A DNA stretch of 59,223 nt from Rhina ancylostomus (lineage: Eukaryota), in assembly GCA_030265395.1 (NCBI GenBank), contig JARFYF010000084.1, positions 78,063,432 through 78,122,654 on the forward strand. The letters are read 5' to 3'. Shown here piece by piece: positions 13,740-25,829 of the stretch. The notes under the pieces were generated by a model. The model was given only the letters and a program-made list of their open reading frames with translations. It did no database searches and was not told the origin of the DNA. The position numbers and the translations under genes are program-made. Numbering within the stretch: position 1 is the stretch's first letter; every line of letters begins with the position of its first letter.

Positions 13740-14270
13740 ACTTTCTAAATCCAGTATGTTGAGCATCTTCTTGTGGAGCAAATCAGTGACTGGGGACTGA
13801 CATCTGTGATGGTGGGGCCTTAGAGGGAGGATGAAGTGGTTCAACCACTCAGCAATTGTGGCTGAAGATGGCTGTGTGTGCTTCAAATTTTTTCTTCACA
13901 CAGCCAACTGTGTACTGCCATCATCAATAATGGAGCTGTTTGTAGATCTACCTCCTCCCTTTAGTTGTTTAGCTATCTGTGACTATGATTAAATGCTCCA
14001 TAACTTCAAAGTTTTGATCTGATCCATTGATTGTGGGATTGCTTAGCTGTTGATGACATGCTGCTTCCACTATTTGTCACACATATCACCTCACATTCTG
14101 GTTTCATCAGGTTGACACCTCATCTTTAGGTACTGCTTCTGACACACCCATCCACGCAGATCAATGAACTAGTGTTACTATTATGGAGGAAGGAAACATG
14201 CTGAGCCACGAGACTGCAAATTGTGATGAAACACAAAACATACTGAATGGTCAATATTTTATTTTCAAAA
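13740..14270 (-). mobile_element. Old CR1/L2-group LINE fragment
   Basis: Resembles LINE-derived sequence common in cartilaginous fish; no intact ORF. Confidence 0.35.
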
Positions 14271-14699
14271 ATACAATTATGTTGTATTTTCACTATTCTT
14301 CCTGCTATCCAGTTATTGCCTGAAAGTTTTCCTTTGAACAGAGTTAGCCCTGCTGTGCCCCAAGTACCCCCCGCCCCCCATTTCTCACATACACGCTTCC
14401 TCAGCAAAATAACTTGAGGACGCATTAGGTTTCATACATTCACTGATCACACCAAGAGCTGCCTCGCCACCATCTCTCTCAATCTCCTTCGCTCCTTTGG
14501 TCATGCTGTTGTGCCTATAGCTGAATACGCAGAAAATTTCTATCCCATTCACTCCAGCCCTTCTGGCCACTACGTGAGATTAAACCAGAAACTTGATGCC
14601 CTATTTGTTCATGGACTGAGCTTTCAATGCCAGCTCCTGCCCAATACTAAATCCACTTCTGTAATATCACCTGTCGCCACTCCTAAATCAGCTCAGTTC

Positions 14700-15130
14700 C
14701 CGCTGAAACTATCATCCACCTCTTTGGTACTATTTGATTTGCATATTCCAGTCTTCTCTTGGCTGTCCATCTTGACCAGTACCCTAAGTAAACGGGAATT
14801 CATCCAAGCGTCTGTTGCCGTAGTCCAAACTCATTGCAAATTCAGATTCACCCACCAGCCTGGTATTTACTCCCCTACAATAGCTCCTAATCCTGCAGCA
14901 CCAATCCTCCGGGATCTCTGCAGCGCAAGAACTGGCGTCCTGTACAATTTCCATTTTCCTTCACTGCCCAGAGTCAAACTATGCCTTCAGCCCCTAGGCC
15001 CAAGCTCTGAATTCCCTTCCCAGACCTATCCAGAATTTGGCTAAAATCATTATAACTTTTATCCACCTCTCCAAATAATCCCTCATACGATTTCCTGTTG
15101 AGGTCTGTTTGCTGATCGACTGGGAAGTTT
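14700..15130 (+). mobile_element. Decayed L2 LINE 3' end
   Basis: ..gccttcagcccctaggcccaagctctgaattcccttccc.. resembles the L2 AFS..GP.LWNSLP end. Confidence 0.55.
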
Positions 15131-15417
15131 CATTCTGTCAGAAGCCAAGTTGAGCTTTAAAGAGTGCCATGTGCGGAACCTTCAGATCACACCTGATGTG
15201 GGGATGAGCCAGCTGAAGGCTAAACCTCCGTTCATTCATCCGAGACAGCAGCACGTCCAGCCCAATAAAAAAAAAGCCCCCTAAGCAATCTGGCACGGTG
15301 GACAGTCTTGCCGCGGCCGTGCAGGCAGGCTCGGATTGCAAACTGGGGACTGGACACGAGTGAGGGAGCCGAAGCATGAGAAGAAATGGCTGGAATAGCG
15401 GGTCGCGGGTTTCTTAC

Positions 15418-15507
15418 CTGGTCCAGCGGCACGTTGAGGAAGACACTGAGTGGGTGCAGCACCCTGGAACCCGTGGTTCTGAAGGGAATGCTTGGCTGTT
15501 CTGCCAT
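15418..15507 (-). CDS. MBOAT1: MBOAT1 (lysophospholipid acyltransferase 1) coding exon 1
   Basis: Translates MAEQPSIPFRTTGSRVLHPLSVFLNVPLDQ, matching the MBOAT1/2 N-terminal motif (RTTGS..LHPLS..L..PLDQ). Ends at CAG|GTAAGA, phase 0. Lies in a CpG island; divergent position next to E2F3 favours MBOAT1 over MBOAT2. Confidence 0.93.
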
Positions 15508-15599
15508 TCTACACCATGGTGACAGGCTCCCGTTCGAAGGAAGTGTCAACAGCACCGCATGGACCGTCCACAAGCCAAACGCCGCCAGCGCCCGATAAA

Positions 15600-15860
15600 G
15601 CGCGCTCAACCACAACCGCCCTCCCGTCGGCTGGCGGGCTTCAGGCCCCGCCCCCCACCCGGCCCCACCCAACCCAGCGCCGCGCCCTCAGGACCGGCGC
15701 CTCTCATTGGCCCTCGTTGGCAGGCGAGCGAGCGGCAGCGGCGTGCTGATTGGCTCTCGGGAGTGTCACTCGGGTTTGCGTTGTCGCGCTGGAGCTCTGG
15801 TGGCGGTGGGTTGGGCTGGTGTCGTCTGCGTGAGGTGTTGGAAAATATTTCATGATCTCG
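15600..15860. promoter_or_regulatory. MBOAT1 CpG-island promoter
   Basis: CpG-dense. GC box ggccccgccccc at ~15643-15654; two ATTGG (CCAAT on minus) at 15706-15710 and 15749-15753, just upstream of exon 1. Confidence 0.8.
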
Positions 15861-16929
15861 GCGGAGGATGGGCTTAACTCTGGGGAAAAATGTGGGGCAC
15901 TTGCATGAAAGTCTCTGAAGTAAGAAGTTTTATTTTTTAAGTACGTTGATTTTTGTTTGCAAAGCGGGTGCAGAAGGAGCGAGTTGCCAGGAATGAATGC
16001 TTGGAAACGTATCCTAGGTTACCACGCCGCTAAAGGGGCGTTTGGGATATAGTTTTACAAACGTCTTTGGGGTGTGTGCAAGCTGTTGCTATGACCTGCG
16101 ATAAACCTGACTAGTTGCATTTTTGACAAACTTCCAAGAGAGTTTAAAGCTTACACCCTGCCTGATCGCATCTAGCCACCCCACGATGTTAATGATTGTG
16201 TAAATTAAATATAACTCCCACGTACAATGCCAAGCCCTGACTGTTTTAACATATCCCATAGATAGTTAAGTAAATCGCGTGGATTATTCAACCCTGTAGA
16301 TGCCTGTAATCCAGAAGACAAGCTGCTGTGCCCCCCCCCCCCCCCCCCCCCCCCACCTCCCCNNNNNNNNNNATTTGTGTGTAGATAATGCTTTAAAGTT
16401 TCCCTGCAAAAGAGGTACCAGGTTTGGCACACGTTTTACATCGTCTGTTTTAAAGGTTACTCAAATATTGGTTGGAAACAAAGGCAATTTTCCCATATAC
16501 TTCATCATTTGTACAGCACATTTCATCCCTTTGTTATTCCTGGATGCCTGTCTGTCACATATATGACAGAAAAGGAAACAAAGAACAGCAGCATAGCCAA
16601 CTGTTGAGGTTAGAGTCATAATTTCAACAGACTTGCATGTAAAGAGTACTTCCTCCAGTCATACTTTCTGATGGAGCCTTTGACTCCACCACACATGAGA
16701 GATTGTGGAGCACTGTTCTCAAATTCAGATGCTCACAGACATTTGTCTCCACCTAAAGAATATTTCAGGATGGCCTGCAATCCATGATTCGAGCCAATGG
16801 GTCTACAGTGCCAAACTCAGCGAAGACTATTGTCCAAACACATTGTCCTTACACTTTTTAAATATTTCTTGCTGTTATGTTGCACCTCGCATCCAGCAAG
16901 CTTCCTGCTAGAAGGAAGCTAATCTTAAG

Positions 16930-17215
16930 AACTACTGGGAAATTGTACAACATATGCTCCACTGCACTCCATGGCCAAGGATACCCAAACCTCAATAGTG
17001 CAGCTGCAGTATTTAGGCGTTTTTATGTGCCTGGCCGCTGAGCTCCAATTCGTCATCAACTTGTTCAATTTAAGTCTTACATTCAACAACTGCAAGATAA
17101 GGGTTCTTTACCAATCTTCCATGGCTGTACAACACTGCCCTCCAACAATAACAATTCACAATGAAACTCTGGAGAATGTGGACTATTTCTCATACTCTCA
17201 ACACAGTCTTTGAGG
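16930..17215 (+). mobile_element. RTE-clade LINE fragment
   Basis: LTFNNCKIRVLYQSS...CPPTITIHNETLENVDYFSY resembles the RTE post-YADD segment. Confidence 0.7.
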
Positions 17216-17374
17216 AAAATTTGTATTTAATGATCAACATGTCAGACCTGGCCCAGTAACCATAGTCGACTGGCAGCACCGATCCCTGCCTCTCTTATGT
17301 TTCTGATTGCAAGTACCTCAGGGCACGAGAAGGTATCACAGCTGTAATGTGGGCAACTATGTTCTGTGAAGCCA

Positions 17375-17690
17375 TAGAGTCAGGCAGCACAGAAACAGGC
17401 TCTTCGTCCCACCTACCATCAAGCACAAATTTACACTAACCCTATGCTAATTCTATTTTTTTGATCCTCCCCACATTCTCATCAATTCCCTCCAGTGTCC
17501 ACACACTTGGTGCAATTTACAGTAGCCAATTAACCTACCACGTCATTGGGATGTTGGAGGAAACCTATGCAGTCACAGGGAGAATGCGCAAACTCCACAC
17601 AGACAGCACGGGAGGTCAGGATTGAACCTGAATCACTGGAGCTGTGAGACAACAGCTCTACTAGCTGTGCCTCTGTGCCACCCCTGTGCT
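17375..17690 (-). mobile_element. V-SINE (HE1-like)
   Basis: Reverse complement of tRNA head (ggattgaacc) plus V domain (cacagggagaatgcgcaaactccacacagac). Confidence 0.85.
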
Positions 17691-18289
17691 CATTGATTTC
17701 CATCAAAGAAAGAGCTGAAAATGAGCAGATAATGCATTTTTACAATTGATCTTCACTGAGAGATATCAGTTGTCTCTGAATGACATTAAGAAATATTTTA
17801 TGTCTATCTAAGGGGTAGGTAAAGCCTTGGTTTAATCTCATATTTGATGGCAATTCCAAGAGAGGGGTAGAATATAGGCTTTTATGCTTAAATCTCTAGA
17901 ATGGGATTTCAACTGTCACACAGGCGAGAAGGAAGCAAAACTGACACTTTGAGGAAGCATTTTTAGTATATTACAACTCCTTTGAGTTTTATATCAGAAT
18001 GATGAAATGCATGTTTTAATTTTTCAGGCGGATGAATCCTTGGCCTTAAAAGTTTGGAAGTCAACAGAAATGTTTTCCTTGTGTTTTTGTCAAACTTTTT
18101 TTTATGGTGCAATGTTAAAGGAAGCATTGGACCCATCAAGCAAAAAAAATCTTACAAAAAATTATAGTGAAACCTTTTTTAAATAGAGCATTGGAAAATT
18201 TGAGTTCACCAAGATGAATTTTATAGGTAACTGATATAATTTTTAAAATTAAACATGTTAAAAATTGGCGAAATGAATTCAAAAATGAT

Positions 18290-18490
18290 GAGGTGAGTTC
18301 CCCCTTTCTCTGTAATTTAGAACTTGTTTCATTCTTAACTTTTTCCAGTTCTGATGAGGCATTTTGTCATTCTGAGGTCATGGCCCCGAAATACTAACTG
18401 GCTCCACAGAAATTGTTTGACTTGCTGAATACTTTCAACTTTTTCTTTTTAATTTCAGATTTCCAGCATTTGCAGTATTTTCTTACAATT
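18290..18490 (+). mobile_element. Penelope-like 3' tail
   Basis: ccagttctgatga..gaaa..aactgg..ccacaga..tttcagatttccagcatttgcagt. Confidence 0.7.
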
Positions 18491-19444
18491 TCATGTTCAT
18501 GTTAAGTTGCCTTTGCTTGTTAGATTCATAATTTCTATTCACTGGAGTTGGTTAGAGTACATTAAATATCATGAATGGTTAGATCACATTAATTTTGACT
18601 TGGTGTCATGTGAAATTAATTCAACATTAATATCAATGTTTTATTCTTTTTGAAATTTAATTTCCTAGTTATTCAGTCATTCAAAAAAAAATTTGTACCT
18701 GAACAGGAAATTAAATGATTTAGTAACCTTAGCATTTGTAGCATTTATAGGTTGTTAATTTTGCTATTTGTTTTCAGATCATAATTTGAGCCTGTCTTGG
18801 TATATATAAAAACCTGTACATGTTTAATATAGTTACAGTGAATTTGGGTTGCAGAGTGGGTTTGATGTCATATAGGTTGCTGGGTCATTATCACCTGAAG
18901 GGAATGTCTTAATTGTGTTCACTGCTCAATTCTCATCATACAAGAGGTATCTTGATGTGACTTGCGCCTAAGGGTTTTGAGTTTATTGGCATTCTGAAAA
19001 GCAGGTGAATTGGTTTCACTAAAACAGTGACCTTGAGATGCTGTTTTTAAGAGGCTATTGAATAGCCAGGGACATGGTGTTTATCTGTTCTGTTCATTTG
19101 GAAATCTCTTAATAGCCTGATCCCAATGGGTTAGCAGACAGGGAGTCAGCTAGTTTGAAGAAACAACTCTATGGTCTTATTGTTTAAAAAACTATGAAGT
19201 TTACAGTGTTTGTGCGGTTTTGTAAGACTGCAAGTTGCTCTGCAAAATGTAATCTGAGGCCCAACTACAAGACTGCCGAACAGAAACATATCCAGCTAGA
19301 GCAAGGGCCTCTTTTGCCAGCACTGTCCCAAAGATTTATTATCTTTTTCTTTTGTTATTTGCTTATTGGTTTCTACTGGCTTGATGTGATTATACAGTGT
19401 CTGGTACTTTCAAAACCTCCTTAAAACTGCAGATCAAAACAGAT

Positions 19445-19790
19445 GGATGGCATAGTGGTGCAGCAGTGAGCACTGCTTTATCACAGCTCTAGGGACTCGG
19501 ATTTGAACCCAACCTCAGATGTTGCCTGGAGTTTGCTCATTTTCTCTGTGTCTGTACAGGTTTCCTAAAACAATACTCCAGTTTCATCTCACATCCTAAA
19601 GTCATTCAGGTACATTAATTGTACCGTAAATTACCTTTTATTGCAGATTAAAAAAAGAATCAAAGGTGAGTTGATGGGCATATTTTAAAGAGAATAAATT
19701 GTAGAGATACAGGGACTAATGGGATCGCACTCCTGGGAGTTGGCATGGACCTGATGGGCTGAATGGCTTCCATTTGTGTTGTTATGTATA
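19445..19790 (+). mobile_element. V-SINE, diverged
   Basis: tRNA-like head, ggagtttgc..ttctctgtgtctg..ggtttcc V domain and CR1-like tail (gatgggctgaatggc). Confidence 0.75.
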
Positions 19791-19984
19791 AGGTCCTGAA
19801 AGATTTTGACTTGACTTCAAGGCTTCCCCTGAGAGTAAAATATGACTGAGGGAATGAGCAGATGGGAAACAGAGCAGGAAAGGCTTCTATAGAAGGGAAG
19901 AGGGGTGGAAAGGGCTCTTAACAGGAGACCATAGCCACCCAGGGTATAAACGGAGCCACTCTGAACCCCAGTGCAGAACTGTTT

Positions 19985-21230
19985 TTACTTCAAAAATAAA
20001 CTTTATTCATAAATTATATGCAGGAAATACAATGCAATCAGTACATATCTTTCTTTACATTCATTGTGTCATCAAACCAATACATTTTATTTGCAATGCA
20101 TCAAAGCCACTAATGTTTACCTTTTAAATTACACACAGGAAGTGTTTGAAGCTGTTAATCAGAACCCAACCCCTCAGTGTCCAGTGGTGACAGGACCTTA
20201 GATTGTGGTCCTTCCCCACAGAGCCTTTGCAGTGGTTGCACCAAGCTTCAGTGCATCTCTTAGCACATACTCCTGCAGCTTAGAATGCGCCATTCCTCAG
20301 CATTCACTCATGGACATCTCCTCGCACTGGAAGATCAACAATTTTTGGGCAAACCAAAGTGCGTTTTTCACTGAGTTGATGATCTTCCGTTAGCAGTTGA
20401 TGTTTATCTCAGTACTTGTCCCTGGAAACAGCCTATAGATCAGAGAGTCCTCTGTTACGCACTGCGAGGGATGAACTTTGGCAAGGATCCTTACATTCTT
20501 TCCCAGACCTTCTTGGCGTCTGTCTCAAGGGCAGTGTGCATTGGGAGTGAGACTCTGACCGTGCAGGAAGGATCTGATGGGGAGGACCTCTTTCACTTCC
20601 ATCCAAGTGAGATCTTGGTGCTCATTGGTGAATTCTGTCAATGTGGCGTTCTGCCAAATGGCTTTGACCGTTCTGCTCAGGAAATCATCATACCGAATCC
20701 ATTGTGTCCTTCTCTTGCAGGGCCTGCTGGACATCCCATGCTGACAATTGCTAGACTTGTGCTGAAAGATGCTTTTCTGCAGGAACTTATTACAAAGGAC
20801 TCCCTGCAGCAATGTCCATCTGAAAGGAGCATGACACAGCAATGAGGCTAGCCCCATCCTTCACAACACTGGGGGCAAGTAGAATCTTAGCACATAGTGA
20901 CCTTAGTGCACAACTTGATGCAGCCACACACAGAGGTGGCCATCAGGATGAGGACATTGTTGGGTACATCTTTTTCCCCATTCTCTGGAGACTTGTACTT
21001 GTCAGATGCACTCTATTTTGGACTTCCAGATGAAATGGAAGGTGGCTCGGGTGACTGCAGGAGTGGGGTGTGGACCACACCTGCACCCCGTATGGCAAGA
21101 CTGAACGCACCTTGCACCTGATAACCAGATTCTTGCCTGCCATCAAGAGGAAACGCTGTTCCCTAGTCCCAATTTTTATTTTACTTTGTTTATCTGCTCC
21201 AGCCAATTCTTACCACATGTCCCAGCTCCT
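19985..21230 (-). mobile_element. Tx1/L1-clade LINE 3' fragment
   Basis: TVKAIWQNA...NEHQDLTW....VLPIRSFLH...LTPNAHCP (zf-RVT-like region). 3' end with AATAAA on minus near 20000-20010. Confidence 0.8.
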
Positions 21231-22460
21231 CTGAACCAGAATTCCCACACCTTCAAGTGGTCAGACATGATGATAAAGGGAAAGGAGAACTAGTTGGGCC
21301 AAAGAACATAGTGTCACTCTTCCTGCCATTGATTCTGACTCCCAAAGCAAGTTCAAAGTGGTCACAAATGCTAATTAATCCATTGTCCGAATGTATGTCC
21401 AAGCAGAGGATGGTGACGTTCAATATGTAACCCCAGTGTGGAATAGCTTAGGAGATGTCTGTGTTTCAGGAAGGTGTTAAATGATATAGGCAGTTCCTCG
21501 GGATCTAAAGATGATTTCCACATACCTGATGTGTCTTAAGATGCTAATATAAGGGTTCTCAGAATCTGTCATATTTCTGGGAGGACTGGTTTGATGGGAT
21601 GGGTGAGTGGGTAGTTTGGAAAGTGATACAATCCTTTCACCATTTAAATTGGTCGTCAGCTAAATGGACTCAAATTTCTACTGCCAGCCTGAATGATCTT
21701 TCTCTATTTTGAACTGTCATGGGACAGGGATTCCCATGAGTTGGTGGGGATATTACATTTTTACAAGGAGGCTTTCAGAACATCTTTTAATAATTTTCTC
21801 TGTCCGCCTGGAGATACCTTGGTGTGATGCAGCTCAGAATAGTGTGTCTGTTTTGGCATTCTGGTGTCGGACATGTGAACACTGTGGCCTTCCAATGGAG
21901 ACGACCAAGGGTTATCAAGATCTCAACAATGGCAATGTTGGCCTGGGAGAGGATGTTGTCATTTGATTGCCTATATTGCCTGAGGATTTGGAAAAAATGC
22001 AGCAGAAGTAAAGGATGGTATCTCTATAGTTCTTTGGTGTAGCTTTTGCAGTTGGCCCATATCAGAGGTGTTTAGGAGGGTAGGGATCACTGCTGTCCAG
22101 TAGATCACATACATTGTACTGTGTTTGAGGTCCTGATCTTCAAACACTCATTTGCTGAGTTGGACATTGGCTGTTCTGGCATACTGAAGGCAATGGTGAG
22201 TTGCTTTCACTTTCATATAGTGCATCTGGGAACAGGCACAGCGGTACAGCCTGGAGCAGGTGCAGGAGTGCAGCCAACAGTACTGTACTGTGCCGGATCA
22301 GTCTGGTAACCAGCACTGGACTGCAACGTTCAGCAATCTTGCTCCCTGATCGGCCCACTGCTGGGGGAACACCAGGTTTAGTAGCAGAACTGAAGAGAAG
22401 GAGAAGAACTCTTTGTGGCCAATTTCCAAAGGAATAACTCAACTGAAACTAAAATTCCCC
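21230..22460 (-). mobile_element. Highly decayed Penelope-like element
   Basis: Minus remnants resembling the GIY-YIG region (..VRINGRKSD..) at ~21310-21420, plus weaker PLE-like upstream sequence; many stops. Confidence 0.45.
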
Positions 22461-22883
22461 ATTCATCAGCTACACCTTCTGTTACTTTCCATCTGTTGCT
22501 GAGCATTGCGGTATCTCCTGGTCAAAATTAAAAATAAATAAGAAGAAATATTGTACATGAAATTTATAAGTGAAAACATGACAAATCACAAGGAAACATT
22601 AAATCATCATCATTGTGTGTTCCCTTCGTGCCTATCTTGAATATATGTTTTTGCTAGTTCTAGTGTGCTAGTGGCATCCCTGAGGTTGCAACATGGTAGG
22701 TGATAAGCTGGCAACAATAGCTTCTTCCCCACTGCCACCAGGTCCTAGAACCAACCTGAAAAACCTTAACACTACCTCAGACTATATTTCTTTTTCTCTC
22801 TCTTGCACTAGTGTTGTTATGCTTATTTTGTCTTGTAAGTTATGTACAATTTATGTTAATTTAAGTTTATGTTAACTTACCGT

Positions 22884-23150
22884 GGGCAGCACGGTAGCGT
22901 GGTAGTTAGCACGACACTATTACAGCACCAGCGACCCGGGTTCGATTCCCGCTGCTGCCTGTAAGGAGTTTGTACGTTCTCCCATGTCTGCGTGGGTTTC
23001 CTCCGGGTGCTCCAGTTTCCTCCCACATGCCAAAGACGTATGGGTAGGTTAATTTGAGGGTTTAAAATGGGCGGTGTGGACTCGTTGGGCTGGAAGGGCC
23101 TGTTACCACGCTGTAAATAAAATTTAAAATGTTAAAAAAAAATTAAATTT
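22884..23150 (+). mobile_element. Young V-SINE (HE1-like) with target-site duplication
   Basis: A box, B box (gggttcgattccc), V domain and A-rich tail; CpGs retained. Flanked by aagtttatgtt / aaatttatgtt, inside an older LINE 3' tail. Confidence 0.9.
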
Positions 23151-24149
23151 ATGTTTGCAATGTACTATGCTGTTGCTGCAAAAAGCTAATTTTCATGGCA
23201 TTTATACCCTGTGTATGTATGCCAATGATAATAGACTTGAGCTTGAAGATGACCTTACAGGATGACCTTCTCTTAGCCTAAAATTCTGGCTTTGAATTGA
23301 TTAATCTCTGAGCAACAGCAGTCTAGCCTGGCAGGCAGACAAGAGCAAATGCATTGATGGGATGATAGTGATGGATCCCTTGAATGCTGTCATCCAGAGG
23401 AAAGACTACAGGTTCATGCTCTACAGTGCTGGATGGGCCTCAACAATCATAGTAATCTGTTGTAGAACTAATTGCTGGACTACAAGACCCAGCATATAGT
23501 CACAGTTGTGGCAAGAGTGTGAAGAAATGTGAGCGAAGTTCCAATCTGTGGAGAAAAACTTGAAGAGCAATTTGTACAAAATGAAGCCTCTGCACAACAT
23601 TCAACTCTTCTTTCCTTCCTGTATCATAAGCTACACTCAGATTGCATATCCTGAGGTGCACACAACCTGAATTTCCTTTGTGACTTGACAGTTGAATATC
23701 CCTGCCATGCTCCTTCATAGGGCAAAAGTAACATTTTTGAGACTGGCTTATTGCAAAGTTCGATCTTGCGAGCCTTAGAACTTCTAATTTAGGGGTTCAG
23801 GAAATATCTGCGCTGAAATACAAAGCAAGACAATACAGTCAGCATTATTTGGCCAGATGCAGTTCAAAGTGGTTCTGTAAAACAATTTATATAGGAACAA
23901 AGAGTAAAAAGCACATCTTAACAATGACCAGAGAAAGAGATTTAGCAGTTATTTTTATTAAATATAAGAGCATCAGCTATAGTAGAAATGGTTACATCGA
24001 CCACAGAACCGTCTGGAAGTAAAGAAACTAGGTTGTATTGTGGATGTGCAAGTTACTAGTTTGTTCTAAGGGAAGAATTCATATTTGTTCTATCCATAAT
24101 AAAAAAGAATGGAAATATACAAGTTGAATTTCTATATTTTTGTGTCCTC

Positions 24150-24800
24150 AGAAGTTCCAGAAATGTTATGAAATATTCTTGATAAGTGGTGAACGAACCA
24201 ATCAATTTATGCACAGCTAGCTTTCATGTGGAATGAGATAATTGATCTGATATAATCTACTTTTACTGTTGTCACTTTAAGACAATTCTTGATTTAAGAA
24301 AGCAGGGAAATCCCTTGATCCTCCTCAAGCTGTCACAATGTTGATCAAAGAGCAAGCTCACAGAGAATCCAAATGCAGCACACCAATACAAGACTGGAGT
24401 CAGGATANNNNNNNNNNNNNNNNNNNNNNNNNNNNNNNNNNNNNNNNNNNNNNNNNNNNNNNNNNNNNNNNNNNNNNNNNNNNNNNNNNNNNNNNNNNNN
24501 NNNNNNNATTGTTATGTAATCAGTCCAACATGGAATCCATGTGCTGGACAACAAGGCATTAATGGAGCCAAGTTGAGGGCCAGAACTCGGAACCATGACA
24601 TGAACAGAGCCATGGGAACTTTATTTCCTATCTGAGAAGCCAGCTTAATTTCTCATGCAACAAATGATGCAGCCTCTGAATGCAAGTCTCTCCCAATGCT
24701 ATACTGAAGCATAAACCATTGAAGGGTAATCAAGGCAGCAGCGTTGAGCTTGAACCATAACTTGATGACTCAGGGGCACAGAGCTAACACTGCCACTTAA
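24150..24800 (-). mobile_element. Ancient Deu-type SINE interrupted by a gap
   Basis: Reverse-complement tRNA head (cttgaaccataacttgatgactcagggg..gctaacactgcc) and a body similar to 34400-34810. Confidence 0.45.
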
Positions 24801-24954
24801 CTGCATTCATTGTTTTCCAAACCTGAAAATAACTTATTGTCCTTGACAATGAACAGGTACAAGTAACAAAAAAATCCTAAGAACTCAGTAATTTTAATTA
24901 TGAAGAAATATTAAGAGTGTTATTCTTATTTACTTAAGAAAATAAATGTTAGGT

Positions 24955-25225
24955 TGTAGCGGGGAGCTATGGGTAAACGAAACTCACTTATGCAGTTGAA
25001 GGTTGTTGAACGAGAAGACTGAATCCCTTCCTACCGGCGCTCATATCCAGTTTGAAAGTCCCCCGCTCTCGTTGCTTTGCTGCCGTCATGCCGGTCAGTT
25101 GACTTTTGCCGCGCGCAGGTTTACATCAATGTTCATGTAGATGTTGGGCCCGGCGCCATCTTGGGCCGGGGAGCTCCGTCGATGCGAGCCACTGTGGGAG
25201 CTGCTTTGGAGCAGGTAGGTGCTTC
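24955..25225. promoter_or_regulatory. Small orphan CpG island / promoter-like element
   Basis: Local CpG cluster in a CpG-poor background with YY1-type GGCGCCATCTTG (~25152-25163), E2F-like TTTTGCCGCGCG and outward-facing splice donors. Confidence 0.55.
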
Positions 25226-25829
25226 GCCAAAAGATCATTAACTGAAGCATTTAAGATTGGAAGGGAAGTGACAGCTTTGATCAGGGCAATTTTTCACTAT
25301 GTTCAGTCACTAAATAAAGAATTATAGTGAAAAGGCAGTTACCTGAAACTTTTTCAACTGAAAATAAAACAGCTATAGAAGGAGTTATCAGTGTAGGCTA
25401 TTGGAGGAAGCAGTATAATTAAGTTCAAGATGTGCCTGATATATTAACCTGCTCAACAAGTTCTACTCATTTGTTTTATGGAGCACTTTCTGCACATTAA
25501 TGAATTATGAAACTCAACAGCCAAGTCAGGGCAAGCTTCCAAAACAATAATATTTTGAAGTACTATCATGAATGGCAGAGTTACTTTTGAAAAGGATTGT
25601 TACTATTTTTATAGGACCCATTGGCATGCACTGCAAATTGTAGTACAATGGGACCAAAGAAAAGACAAGTGAAACTAAGATGGACATCAATGGAAAACCT
25701 ACTTTAGGATAGTGATGAGTGATTAACCCAAGGTTGTTTGAGCCTGTGCAGGACGCACATTTCATTATGATGATTTCAATATCTGGACAGCAAGACTACA
25801 ATATTTATTCCTATAGCACCCATGTAGAT

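Noticed and set aside
14511-15044. 177-aa ORF
   Set aside because: Non-ATG start, no recognisable domain, overlaps a decayed L2 end, antisense in MBOAT1 intron 1.
15508-15672. In-frame N-terminal extension of MBOAT1 in the ORF track
   Set aside because: Begins at a non-ATG codon in GC-rich promoter sequence where stops are rare; homology starts at MAEQP.
22884-22955. tRNA gene
   Set aside because: The A/B-box head runs straight into a V-SINE body; it is a SINE head.
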